A stretch of DNA of 64,000 bases. Origin: Selaginella moellendorffii. Its lineage: Eukaryota > Plantae > Lycopodiophyta. A program made the translations under genes and the position numbers. Location of the stretch: contig NW_003314431.1 in the NCBI RefSeq assembly GCF_000143415.4, positions 2,256-66,255 of the forward strand. Reading direction: 5' to 3'. The notes under the pieces were generated by a model. It was not told the DNA's origin and made no database searches. It was given only the letters and a program-made list of their open reading frames with translations. This document shows positions 12,260 through 25,659 of this stretch, piece by piece (positions within the stretch are counted from its first letter, which is position 1; every line of letters begins with the position of its first letter).

Positions 12260-14700
12260 CTAACCTTTATTACGATTCTCATACTCCGTGACAAGCTCAC
12301 GAGCATGTGTAAGATTACTAAGAGGCTCCCAAGTTGATTCACAAGATGGGTAACCTTTCCACTTAACTAGATACTCTCGACGTTTGGCATGCTTAAGCCA
12401 GCGTGTACCCAAAATAGCTTCCACTTCATATTCAGGTTCACCATCCACAACTTCTGGTGGTGGACGAATCTCCGCTTGATGTGCATCATCCATAGTGTAT
12501 GGAGCCAAGAGATTGGCATGAAATATATTATGAATACTGGACATCTCCACAGGAAGATCCAACTGATAGGATACATTACCAATGCGCCGCAACACCCGAT
12601 AGGGTCCAACATATCTCGGCAAGAGCTTCCGAGACAGAGAACCCTTAATGTTCAAGTTCCGGGAAGATAGCCACACCTGATCTCCCACTTGATAGGATAA
12701 ATCCCGATGATGCTGATCCTTATCACGTCGATACCTATCCTGAGCTTTGCCCATCGCCTCAGTAGCTCTAGACCAACCTTGGCGTAGCTGCTCTGCATAA
12801 GTCTCAATGGCTAGGACCAACACTTCGGTCATTGGTTTCGGTACAATGATCTATTGAGGAACCCCACGAGCATTCCCTTGCAGCATCTCCCATGGAGAAC
12901 AGCTTATAGCACTGTGAAATGTGTTGTTATAACATATTTCTGCTGTATCCAAATGCTCAACCCAGTCGCGTTGGTCCGCCGCGACATAGTACCGCAGATA
13001 ATCCTCAACTTGAGCATTCACGCGTTCGGTCTACCCATCAGTTTGAGGATGATAAGCTGTACTAAACTTCAACTTGGTACCGAACAACTGGAACAATGTG
13101 CCCCAAAACTTCCCCGTAAACCTCGAATCTCTATCCGAGATCATTTCTTCAGGAAGACCACGAACTCGCACTACTTCATGGAAAAAGAGCTTTGCTGCTT
13201 GTTTCGCATTTACTGTTCCCACAGTTGGAATGAAGTGTGCAATCTTTGACAACTGATCCACAGCCACCATTAAAGTATCATAACCCTTAGACTTCGGCAA
13301 GCAAGTGACGAAATCAAGTGTCACACTTTGAAATGGCCATGCCGGTACTGGAATGCACTGCAACTTCCCAGCTTGCTTCTCAGTTCTATGCTTACATTGC
13401 TGGCATATAGGGCAGGAACGGACATAGTCCGCTACATCACCTTCCATACCAGACCAGAAAAATCCCTTTTTCAACGAAGCCAGAGTCTTTCGTTGTCCAC
13501 CATGTCCTGTTGCTGGAACATCATGATGTTCCCGCAAAAATAATTGCTAAAGATCCTTAGAGGGAAGATACAATCTTTCTTGCTTATAGAATATAAGCCC
13601 GTCCCGAACTGAGAAGTGAAGCTTTACATTAGTGCAACTAGCAACTTTTGCTGCTTCGCTACCAGGGCTTTGCTTCAACAACCCCGCACGGCATAAGATT
13701 GCCTTCACCAATGGATCATTTCCATACGAAGTCCGAACGTCCTCCAACCAGTATGAACTGATTGCCGATATTGCCCGGAATTGAGCTTGACGACTCAACG
13801 CATCCGGAACAATATTGTCTTTACTAGGTTTATATATGATTTCAATATCATATTTAGCAAGCTTCTCTTGCCAACGAGCCTGCTTTGGCGTAAGCTTAGG
13901 CTGCGTAGCAAAGTAGCTTAGTGTGTTACTATCCGTATAAACCTTGGTATGTCCACCCAAGTAGTGTCTCCAGTGTTCCAGGGCCAACACTATAGCAAAC
14001 ATCTCTTTCTTATGCGTTGGCCATCTTCGTTGGGTCTCATCCAATTTCTTGGAATAGAATGCAACGGGACAACCATGTCGCCTTAGCGTAACACCAACTG
14101 CTTTGTCACAATCTTGCTGCAACACGGCACCAATAGCATAGCCAGACACATCACAATGCACTTCGAAGGGTTTATCAAGATCTGGGATCCTGAGAACAGG
14201 AACCGTAGTCAAGATCTCCTTCAACTGTACAAAAGCACACTGACAAGCTAGTGTCTAATGAAACGGAATACTACTCTTCGTCAACTCAGTCAACGGAAGA
14301 GCAATTCTTGCAAAATTGCGGACAAACTTGTGATAGTATCCCGCCAAACCGAGAAAGGAACGAACATCTGATACAGTGGTCAGGACTTCCCAGGACTTCA
14401 CCACTTCCACCTTCTTTGGATCGACTTCAATCACGCCACCACCAACTATATGTCCAAGAAAGTTTATGCGCAATTGACCAAAAGCGCATTTACTTTCCTT
14501 AGCATACAGTTTGTGTTCACGCAACTTCTGAAACACCAGCTCCAGTGTTTCAAATGATCCTCTAACGTTTCGCTGAAGACTAGAACATCGTCGATATATA
14601 AGACAACAAATGTGTCTAGATAATATCCGAATATTCTATCCATCATAGTGCTGAACGTTGCCGGAACATTGCATAACCCGAACGGCATGACAAGGAACCC
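12260..14700 (-). pseudogene. pol: pol remnant (RT C-terminal part, RNase H, integrase, chromodomain)
   Basis: ORFs 14464-14733, 14255-14536, 13547-14224, 13031-13537 and 12260-12832 carry consecutive pol motifs, broken by stops and frameshifts. Confidence 0.93.
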
Positions 14701-14723
14701 GTGCCATTTCCTCCGATACCAAC

Positions 14724-14877
14724 TATAGCGCACCTTATCTCTCTCTCCTTAAGCCAACTGGAAAAGGGGCAATTGCTTGATGAGAGAGCCTTTAGTGGCT
14801 ATTTTATCCCCATTAAGGTTCCAAGGATCCACGGTGATAGTATATCCAAATTTCATCCCATGATTACATGCACTACA
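14724..14877 (-). repeat. LTR family B (TRIM-type short LTR)
   Basis: Near-identical to 26061-26213, 26584-26745 and, reverse-complemented, 57195-57356. Confidence 0.92.
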
Positions 14878-16494
14878 AAGATATACACACTTAACTGTCA
14901 TCGAGGAATTTTTTTTCAAGTGGCTAAGGTTATTTGAATAACCTTGGCCCCTCAGGTGGCCAAAGTGCCCAAGGTGGCCGGCCCTGAAGAAGCAATCAAG
15001 AAAGAAGCAAGAAGAAAAAAATGGAAGTGGAACCAATTAAATTAAAATTCACCTTTGGTGGCATCTTTCCTTCTCAATCTCTCGATCGTGTTGGATTTCT
15101 CACATTCTCTCACTCTCAATCTCAACTCATGTTCACATTGGCACACTCCATCTCTTGCACTCGATCTCTCCCACTCATGTGCTCAATCTTTCGCACTCGC
15201 GCACTCCACACTCAATCTCTTGATCTCTTGCATGCTCAATCACTCTTGTGTGCTCAATCCCTCAATCTCTTGTGTGCTCCACTCATGGTGCAAACAATTA
15301 CTTGGAAAACCTTTTGTGAACTCTAACATATGTTTTTCATGCTCCACCGTGAGCCCTAGGGTAGGTTAAGTCTGTTACTAGTAACCAATCTCTCATCTTG
15401 GCCATTCATTTTGAATAACCTAAATCTCAACTATCACAATATCTTCAATCTTATTTTATCTTATCATTATTATTATATGTGAATTATGGTTCTTTATTAC
15501 ATATATTTTAATGATGATATAACTAGCACCTATCAACATTTTTGTTATTAGAGATATAATATTATTTTTTACAAATTATCTAGAAAGGATGCATTCTTAT
15601 CAATATTTTGTACATATTTTGGAATTGTTACAAGAACTTTAAAGAGTATAGATAAGGCACGTTAAAATATATTGTACTATATCGATCTTGAATCCTCATC
15701 CAGAAATTTTGTTTTGTGTTGTTTTAAATCCTAAACAATAGGCACGTGCTTTAAATGTCATTGAGCAATGTTCACAATTATAGATAAAACTTGAGTTGTA
15801 CTACAAATCAAATTTGTCATTGAAGAATAAGATTTGACAAGATTTATTATTATCTACTACTTAAAATTTGACAACTTGAAACATCACACATGGTGACAGT
15901 CAGATTTGATCTCTTGGATTGATATGCTATAGCAAAATATCATTACTGATATCATTATTAATTATCAAACTTCACGTACTGAAAATCCTTTTTTGGATCT
16001 ATGTGTATACATGCATCAGACATCATAATAGATAATAGTAATATTAATATTGTCACACTTACACATGTTAAATTTGCTATAGAATTTAAATTCATTTTGT
16101 ACATTGTTGATATTCTTCTTATTCCTTTATTTAAATTTCAAATATATTTCACTATGGATTTTTACAAGTAGCATAAAGAGAGAGAATTCCAAAACCTATT
16201 AAGAAGGATGGAGAGGTTTCTTCTTCATTTTCGAGATCACCCACCTCTTTCATTCTCTCAGAATAATGTTTTTGAAAGTTTTTTATATCAGCGTTTTGAT
16301 CTTTATCTTGGCTCTATTTCTTTAGACACTGTGATTTGCAATGACACCAGTCTAGTTGCATGCCCAGAGTTTCTTTTTTCTGGTGTGGGTGAGGGTGGAC
16401 AGTAATGGGATTTACAGAATTCCAAGTCAAAGGAGATTTGAGTTTTTGGATCTCCAATCAAAGTGCCAAAATGCACTCCAACCAAAGTGAATGT

Positions 16495-19400
16495 TGTCAG
16501 GAATCCCCTATTCCTGATTCTCGAGGCACTTCCCTATTCTTGACTCTCTGATTTCCTGTACAATTCCTGAGTCTCAAGCCACATTCCTGATATTGATGTG
16601 GTGCTTCCTCGACCTCAGCTATATTTAGGCTGTCCTCGATCCAAGAGTGGTGGAGCTTCATCAACCTATAGTATATATAGGTTAGCCTTGTTCCATTTCT
16701 CCACAATCTGAATCAATGCCAGTCTAAGGCCTCTTCTTTGTTTCCACTAGCTTTTCTCTTTGTTTTTTGCATTTTCCAGTCTTGATCTTGTTGGGGGTCT
16801 TGACAGTTTGATTCAGATTGTGATTTTTGCTTTTGCTTTAGCTTGTTTCGATTGTTTGATTGCCTTTGTTTTTTTCGCCCTTTTTCTTCTTTCTTCTTGC
16901 CGATGGAGTCTCCAAGCCATCCTGAAGTCCTTGCAAAAATCCAGTCTGAGAATACCGAGCTAAAGGCGACCCTTCTTCGCATGCAGCAGTTTTCCAACAC
17001 ATGGCGAATGACATCTTTCGGGAGTTTCTTGATCAGATGGTGATCGTCTACTTCGATGACATCCTCATCTACTCAAAAACTTAGGAGGAGCACGACGAAC
17101 ATGTACGCAAGGTGCTAACAAAGCTGCAAACACACGCGAAGCTTGAGAAATGTTCCTTCGATCAAGAGTTTGTGGAGTTCCTTGGGTACATTGTCACTCC
17201 TGAGGGTATCACGATGGATCCTGCCAAAGTCAAGACTATTTTTAAGTGGGAGCCTCCACAATCAATGTCGAACGTTCAGGTTTTCCTTGGCTTTGCCAAC
17301 TTCTACTGCAAATTCATTGATCACTACTTTGACATTGTCCTTCCTCTCATGCATCTCACTCGCAAGGATGTTCCCTTCTCTTGGTCTGCTGCTGCCCAGC
17401 ACGCCTTCGACACACTCAAGGCAGCCTTCAGTTTTACTCCCATTTTGATCCATGTTGATTCCTCACAACCTTTCTTCATCGAGGTTGACGCCTCCGACTT
17501 TGCCATCGGTGCTGTGCTGTCTCAACTCGGAGCGGATCAAGAACTTCATCCGGTCGCTTTCCATTCTTGGAAATTCCAGCCTGCGGAGATCAATTACGAA
17601 ATCCACGACAAGGAGCTCCTTGCCATCGTGGATTCCTTTGGAGAGTGGCAGTGTTTCTTGGAGGGGGCGGGCCATCAAACAACAGTCTGGACGGATCACA
17701 AAAATCTCGAGTACTTTGCCACTTCCTGAGTTTTAAGCCGTCGTTAAGCAAGGTGGGCACAATTTCTGAGTCGGTTTGACTTTGTTATCAAGTACAGACC
17801 TGGAAAGCTTCAAGGCCTTCCTAATGCTCTTTCAAGGCGCTCCTATCTCAGTCTCAGGCTTGGTAATCTTGCCTTCGATCAACAGGATCAAGTTATCCTC
17901 GGTCCTGATCGGCTTCAAGTTATGGCAATTTCCCTGGCCCCTCAGGACTCCTCCTTGATGGATGCAATCAGAAACAATCTTCAATCCGATGATCTTGCCA
18001 GCGACATTTTCCCCCATCTTCAGGCTGGACACCCAGTGACTCCCGACTGCCGGTGATTTGATGAGTTCGAGTTCTTAGATGGCTTATTATACCGTGGGGA
18101 GCAGCTTTATGTTCCTAAAGGTGATGCTTGAAGGTTGGTCCTGATGGCGTGCCACGATAGCCCGACTGCTGGTCACTTCGGCATTGCGAAAACCTATGAG
18201 CTAGTTGCACGGGACTTTTGGTGGCCTCACATGGACGACTACATCAAAGCTTTTGGTACCTCCTATGACACTTGCACCCGGAATAAAGTACCTCACCACC
18301 TTCCCTCAGGTTTGCTTTGTTCCCTTCCGGTCCCTTCAGGTCCTTGGGAATCCATCTTTGATTTCTTGAGTGATCTTCCGAGTTCTGGAAGCTTCAACAG
18401 CATTTTAGTCATGGTGGATCGCTTCACAAAGATGGCGCACTTCTTGCCATGTACCAAGAAGTTTTCAGGCAAGGACATGGCAAAATTAGTATTCAGGGAA
18501 ATTTTCCAAATTCATGGGATTCCTACAGATGTGGTTTCGGATCGGGGGCCTCAGTTCATCTCTCACTTCTGGCAACAGTTTTTGCAGCTACTTGGAGTGA
18601 AGGCCAACCTCTCTTCGGCGTATCATCCTCAAACTGATGGGCAGTCCGAGCGAACGATTCAGACGTTGGAACAATTCTTGAGGTGCTTCATCAACTATCA
18701 TCAGGATAACTGGTTCGATATAACCCTTTGCTGAGTTCTCTTATAACAACTCTGTTCACTCCTCTCTTCGAATTTCCCCCTTCTTTGCAAACTCTGGCCG
18801 AAATCCCCGATTCAATCTCTAACTTCCTTCTCCATCCGAATCCTCTCATTCAAATCCCCACTCTGAGGCATTTGTCTCCAACCTCCAGGAAATCCACAAC
18901 TCCATCTCCTTCCACCTCCATCATACTTAGGAATCTCACAAAACATTTGCCAATGTCCATCGTCAGGATTGTCCTCCTTACAATATTGGGGATAAAGTCT
19001 GGCTCCTCAGGCGAAATATCTCCACCACCAGGCCCTGTCCAAAACTTGATTTCAAATGCCTCGGTCCTTTCCCTATCACTGCCATCATTAATTCTGTCAC
19101 TTATCACCTTGCACTTCCCTCCTCATATCAAATTCACCCCGTTTTTCACTCCTCTCTCCTTGAGCTTTATATTCCCAGTCCTATTCCCAATCGGGTCATT
19201 CCTCCACCTCCACCAGTGCAGCTCGAGGATGGGTCTGAGTATGAGGTTCAGGACATCCTTGATTCCAAGATTTCACGGTCTAAACTCTACTATCTGGTCG
19301 ACTAGAAGGGTTACAGACCTGAAGAACGCACTTGGGAACCTGCGGACAACCTAATTCATTCTTCTGACCTTGTTCAAGACTTCCACCGCCGCTATCCTTC

Positions 19401-19822
19401 TCGTCCCAGTCCTCATTCTTTTTCTCCATCTCCCATCCCTCACTGCTCATCTCATCCTCCTCGTCGTTTTCATTCACATCCTCGTTCCACTCGTTCTTGA
19501 GGAGGGGGTGCTATCAGGAATCCCCTATTCCTGATTCTCGAGACACTTCCCTATTCCTGACTCTCTGATTTCCTATACAATTCCTGAGTCTCGAGCCACA
19601 TTCCTGATATTGATGTGGTGCTTCCTCGACCTCAGCTATATTTAGGCCGTCCTCGATCCAAGAGTGGTGGAGCTTCATCAACCTATAGTATATATAGGTT
19701 AGCCTTGTTCCATTTCTCCACAATCTGAATCAATGCTAGTCTAAGGCTTCTTCTTTGTTTCCACTAGCTTTTCTCTTTGTCTTTTGCATTTTCCAGTCTT
19801 GATCTTGTTGGGGGTCTTGACA
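16495..19822 (+). mobile_element. Ty3/Gypsy chromovirus (Tf1/Tcn1-like), most of gag, PR and RT N-terminus deleted
   Basis: 311-bp LTRs at 16495-16805 and 19512-19822; perfect TSD AATGT; PPT GAGGAGGGGG near 19499-19508; RT YFDD, RNase H EVDASDFAIGAVL, integrase SDRGPQF/HPQTDGQSER and a chromodomain remnant (EYEVQDILDS..YYLVD*KGY..TWEP). Confidence 0.95.
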
Positions 19823-22708
19823 AATGTGAAGCAAGAGTCAGTTGTTATCATCTCATCCTCTTTTAGTTCAAATGGAAAAGTCATGCTAGTGTTAACACCG
19901 AATTCACTAGCTCTAGCTCTAGCTTCAGCAATATTCAAAGCCGTTAGCAATGCTTTCCAGTTTTCATGCCTCTCAATCAACATGTACTTGTTTTTGTATA
20001 AGCTCGTGAACGAGCTTCCATCCTCCTACAACGGCAATATTTTCTTTGAGCTACCACCTCTTGTCAGCAACATAGGTTCCAAATGGAAGGGGATGGAAAC
20101 CAAACAAGATGTCCACAATTTGTGCAAAATCAAGACTATACACTTCTAACATTTTGAAGGCACAGTATCTATAATTCATTGTGGCAAGCATTTAGATTGT
20201 GTGGATGAAGCATGCAATCAAGACTACTATAAAAATTTTATATTTTTCGAAGGGTCTGTAATCAATCCTCCAGCTTGTGACACCATTGTTGTTGGATTCA
20301 AGTGTCAATTCTACAAAAATGCTCCTCTATATGGTTCTATCTACGAGACTAAGATATACTACTCTCTTCCATGGGATGGAGTGGCTAGAAGAGCTGTAGT
20401 GCATATTGGCACACATATACATCCAATGTAGGAAGGGATACAAAGGAGTTCTTTCAACCGTTTCAAAGATGTTGTGCAGGAAGAGATTATGAGAAACTCA
20501 TTTGCAACTCTAAAGCATGTGTAGAAAACCGTTCTCAAGGATTTTATCGCAAACACCTTATTCAATCTAGATTGCTAAAATACTCAACTAAACAAGGCTA
20601 ACTTGTGGGACTTACTATGAGGAGTACAATCTACTACTAGCCTAGGGAGGTACATCCATTATATTTCATATGTTATAATAATATCTTTTTGTTACATTAT
20701 ATTGTTTAGGATAAAATCTTAGATGTGTGAATCTCAAGAAAGGAAGTTGCAATAAAAAATTGACTCCATCCTTGAATTGAAACGGATCAATTCATATGAG
20801 TTCATCCATGAAAGTTTGTTTCTAGGCTAAGTTGTGAATGAGCAAGAGTGCCCCTTCGTCTTCAAAATGTCTACTATGGGCCTTGCTTTTGGTATAGATT
20901 TTGTTTCCCGAATGAACATGTTTGGGTCTAGTGATCTTGCAAATGCATGGGTACATTTTGACCATATGGAGCACATATCAAGTTGGACAACCATGGGAGC
21001 TCATGTGTATGATCCAAGGTAATTTTTATTCTCATTATATTGAAATTATTCTAATATTTATGTTTTCACAGGCTACATTGTAACTTGACAACTGTGACAG
21101 TAGAGTTTAAATTATAAAACCAGACAACCCAAAAAATAGTTTGGAAGTCCCTCTTCGATATTATTCTAAAGCAAGCTTGTAAGCTTGCAAATTTTTGTGA
21201 TTTCATGGCAGATGGGGCTAGTGCAAATTGGAATGGTGTTCGAGTAGTTTTTGGGAATGGTCAACCATTGGAAGGTTGTGAGAGGACTTGTGAGTTCCAT
21301 TGGGCTTAAAGCTTAAACCAGCACTGCCACTTTATCAAGCTAGAGTTTCAATCAATGTTTAAAGAGTTGTGTAAACAATGATAGGTTGCACCTTCTAAAA
21401 AAGAGCATGAGGAAAAAGCAAATGAGATCTGAATGTGGTGGCATGAAGATGGCCATACAGACATAAGTTGTCTACCACAACTTAAGTCATGGTTAGGGTT
21501 GTGGGAAGTTAAGATGTTCCAATGGGGACACCACTCTTTTCAGGTTAGTTTCTATTTTTTCTTCTCATTTTATTACCTCTTAATATTGCCTTTTCCATTA
21601 GGATCAACCACTTGAGGATCTTGCATACACTTCAACTGTGAATCTCTCTAAAAGTAAGCACTAGAGTTGACATTCTTTTAAGGCAGAGAAAGGGAAGATG
21701 AGTCTATATGAAGTCTGTCTATCAAATTTGATACACGCTATAAAAAAATCTTGAAAAACGCTAGTATTCGAGGAAAGAAGATATGTGGGAACAAAGCCTT
21801 CTATTGAAATGTTACATAATAGGATGAAGAGAAAATTAACTCCACCCGCCTAAACAATGGCAACTACAGTTGAGGAAGTAATCTATAGCACATATATAGA
21901 GTACACTCCCTGGGCTTCTATTGGTGATATGAAAATTATTCGCTCAAAGTGTCATTTTTTCTTTGCTGATGAAGATATTGGTATGGATCCTAGAGTTAAA
22001 AACTCTCACAAATCTGATGTTGAGTACCATTTTGCTCCAAAACACCGCTCTCGGACCGAGCCACCTCAAGTGGCTGATGAAGAAAGTGTATCATAACAGA
22101 TTGAAATTGCTTACTGTAGTGTGGAGTTGAAGCAATGAGTAATCTAACATGTGTCAGCAAAATCAAATATAAGGTATGTGGGGATGCTTCCGAGGGGCAA
22201 GTGTTGGGCCTAAATTTGTAGTGACAAATTTGCTTCTATTCGAGCCCCATGTTTCTATGGTTGAATGAAAGCAAGCAGGAAATTTGAGATGGTATTGGCT
22301 GTATTGTTGCAACACCGACACCAACCATACGAAGCGGCTTGAAGACACTATAGTGATTGAACCTGATGTAGTACCTAAAGAATGGCCGGTTGCTAATAGG
22401 GTCACGCTCACTTTGGATGAGATTGAAAACCTTAAGAAATCTGGTTTCAATTTTGAGAGGAGAGTTGGAGACATGAGTGAAAAAGCCAAAACTATTCCTA
22501 CAGAGATGCACAAGAGGCCAACAAGAAAAGCTAAGGTAGTTAAATTTATTAGTACTGTCTCCAAGTAGAAGCAGGGTAAAATAAACTTGGTTCAAACACT
22601 TGAGTGTGAGATTCTCTCCACGAAGTACATCATTGCACTTACAAAGGAGTACATAGTCAAACAAAAGTTAAAGAGTACACAATTGTCATTCAAGACTTTC
22701 CATTTTAT

Positions 22709-25659
22709 AGAGCCTGGGTAGGTTTTGAGCTCATAAGCTCACGAGCTGAGCTCACGACTTCTCAAACACAAGGAAAACATTGGTTCATCCCAAACCAACA
22801 TCTTTTCATTTTTCAAATTTTGATTTAACCTATATTTCCAAGAAAATTTGATCAATAAAATACAAATATAAATATAGATCCGAACACCAAAAGTGATTTA
22901 GAAACACTTCTCAAGCTCTGCAATTGTAAAGTTTGCTTGATGGATGTGATGGTCGACCTTAGAATCTTAGTTAAGTTCTTGCATAAAAATGTAAATAGAT
23001 GTGCTTGCATGCTAAATATACCTTTCCCATGTTCTCCCTTTGTGTAAAATCTGGACAGGTATATGATGGATTTTTGCAGATTCTGATAGCGTAGCTCATA
23101 CCCTTTGATGACTCAGTCACAACAACAAACCCCTTAGTCACGGCACTAATGTAGTTTATCCTTGTCGTTGTGCATTTCAACGCCTTAGCCAACTTAATCT
23201 TCTCCTATGCACCTTTTGAAAGAGAAGATCTATATTGTACAACCTTCCCATTTTTAGCTGGTCATGTATGCCGGTCTAGTGTTGACATTGGTGGCATAGC
23301 AGTATCAATAGCAACATTTGAGGAAGTCTTCAGTTTGAAACTAGCTCTCTCCAGACTTTTAATCTCTTCTTTTAAAAGATTGCAACTTCGCTCAATTGGC
23401 CACTCCTTTGGCACAGAATCTAACTTTGAGATAATTGAGCTGTGGATCTAGTTTGTATGAGTAACATCAGTCCCACAACAAAAAATCCAACTTGACTGGC
23501 AGCCCTTTACCCCTAGATCTCGACAGCCCCAAAAACATGGTACTGCTGAAGAACTTGAACCTGAGCGCACATATGCAAGACACTGACCTCGACTCCCAAT
23601 CATTCCAGAGAAACGGGCATTACTCTTAGCATTGACTTTTTGAATTGCCCAATTGATACGAGAAACTGGCTCACGAGCAATAATCTTCTTAACCTCTGGC
23701 ACTGGATTTACTTGTGTAACAATTGGCACCTCCTCCACTCTATATTCCTTAGTTCTTCTCTGGTGTCGTGGAACAGAATGGTAATCAAACTCTGGATAGT
23801 GAGAGCTAGAAGGAGTGATGTTGGGCCCATCAAATGTCTGTCGACGCTTCAAATGGGCTGTCTTCATATCCCCAAGTGGTTCATAACTTGATTCCATAGG
23901 AATTCTAATAACAACTTCCCCCACCATCTTAGATATTGACCCTGCTGCTGGTGTTGTCCTTCTACCAACCTTCAAGACAGGGATGAGATTCATATTGAGC
24001 AGACCAAAGACGAACAAGTGGAGAACCCAGTTGAAAACTCTCCTACCCCATCTCATCCTACAGCAGTTGCTCATTCCCCATATCCTACTACCGCTGCTCG
24101 TCCAGCCCCGACTGCTCAAAATGTACGAAGGCAGCTCCATAGTGAGGACGTCCAAGAGAGTAAGAACTTGATTTCCAATGGCCTTGCTTATTGTAATTTG
24201 GTTGTAGATGTTGGAGAAACCAACCAGCACTCTATACGTCAACATACAAATGCATTCTTTCCATCCCTCCCCACTACTACAGAGGATGACCTCCAAGAGT
24301 TATCTTCATCGGCTTCACATAAACAGGTATGAAAAAAAAACATGTATTAACTTTAACATTTCCCGATTTTGAACACTATTCAGGTTCGCCCTCTTTCTCC
24401 TACGGGAAGTGTTGGCAACGTGGAAATAGTATTGGGGACTACTTTTAGCTTTTCAGCAACGTGAGCTGAGAGTCTCCTATGTTCTATCGATTGATGCGAG
24501 GATTGGGAATGAACAATACTTTCGGCATCAACCTCACATTCTTTGACTTGCCTGATGGGTTACCACCTTTGCAAGGCAACACTCCATTTTGCAACATCCT
24601 TCGACCAGACCATATTTCTCAAGTGGTGGATGTGGCATTCAAGGTGTTGCGATACGAGGGCATTATGCTAGTCATTTTTCCTTGTTCTTTATTTTGGGGA
24701 GGTCTTCTTGCAACAATGGTGGAGAATGATGACTCTAGATTGGTTGAGTTTGCATCAGGCTACTTACTCTCAAACATCCCGATCGAAACAAAAGGAGCAG
24801 GTGGCTGAATCTAAAAGGTTTGCATTTCCTTATTTTTCATATCTTAAATTGATTGCCTCTTTTCATTGTAGGTTTTAGCATGGAACTACCATGCTCTCTG
24901 CCGCTACTCTTGCCATCACAATATTACATGAGCTGATGATCATGAAGGTTTGGCATTGCCAAGATATGATAGCTCAACAGATATCATCCCAAATGTCATC
25001 GACAAGGACCATCATATAGAGTTCCCTGGCTATTGACACTGTTCACCAAAGGCCATGCAAATCCTCCTAGAGTTGTTTCGTCCTCCTAAGGGGATTGTGC
25101 TTGATGCTACAGCAGGTTTTAGTTCGATGGTGCTAGTGGCTAAAGAGACTGGCTGTACAGTTTTTGCACTGGAGAAGGAGAGTGCATTTGAAGGTGTTCT
25201 TGGGATATTTTATAATAGGTGATAATAAAGTATTTCTTATTATAGTAATTCCATTATGGTTGTGTATATTAGGTGGATCGATGACATAGGTTATAATTTG
25301 CCATGTTATGCAGAAGCAATGGCACAAGGTCATATACAACAAGAGCCCATAGTTAGAAAGCATAATATTATATGAACTCCTCCTTTTATGGATGTGGATA
25401 CCAAGGAAAACTAAGTTTAGTTTTCTTTTTTAGTCAAAATTTTTAGTGGTAATATAGAGTTTCTTCTTTGACTTATGATATTTATTTTCTTATTGGACTT
25501 ATATTATTTAGCTTTTTCTTGAACTAAAAATATGTCTTAAGTTTTGAATAGAATTGTTGGTTTGTCCCGAACCAATCATTTAAATATCAACTTTTGTATT
25601 TGGTGGACTATATTGACTTTCATTGACTTGAGCTCAGCTCAAAAACTACCTAACCCTCT
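22709..25659. mobile_element. Inner MULE-like derivative nested in the SWIM exon of a related copy
   Basis: Imperfect TIRs AGAGCCTGGGTAGGTTTTGAGCT versus (rc) AGAGGGTTAGGTAGTTTTTGAGCT; flanks TTTTAT/TTTTGC; the minus-strand SWIM-bearing ORF remnant (22971-23900; TCPDF..CKH, CCGTDVTHT, VPKEWP) is homologous to the outer copy. Confidence 0.7.
24380..25195 (+). pseudogene. Beta-class N6A/N4C DNA methyltransferase-like remnant
   Basis: INLTFFDLPDGL (motif IV-like) at ~24530 precedes AMQILLELFRPPKGIVLDATAGFSSMVLVAKETGCTVFALEKE (motifs X/I/II) at 25052-25180; this is the beta-class motif order. Confidence 0.65.

Larger units (their letters stand above)
10763..14877 (-). mobile_element. Internally deleted Ty3/Gypsy chromovirus with non-matching LTRs (5' short LTR-B, 3' long LTR-A)
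   Basis: TSD GAGAT/AAGAT; 5' LTR-B at 14724-14877 followed by PBS TGGTATCGGAG; RT (FLVMPFGL, YIDD), RNase H (HCDVSGYAIGAVL), integrase (HHCC, SDRD, HPQTDG), GPY and chromodomain (EYEVEAIL..YLVKWKGY..TWEP); PPT near 11653-11665; 3' LTR-A at 10763-11652. Confidence 0.9.
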
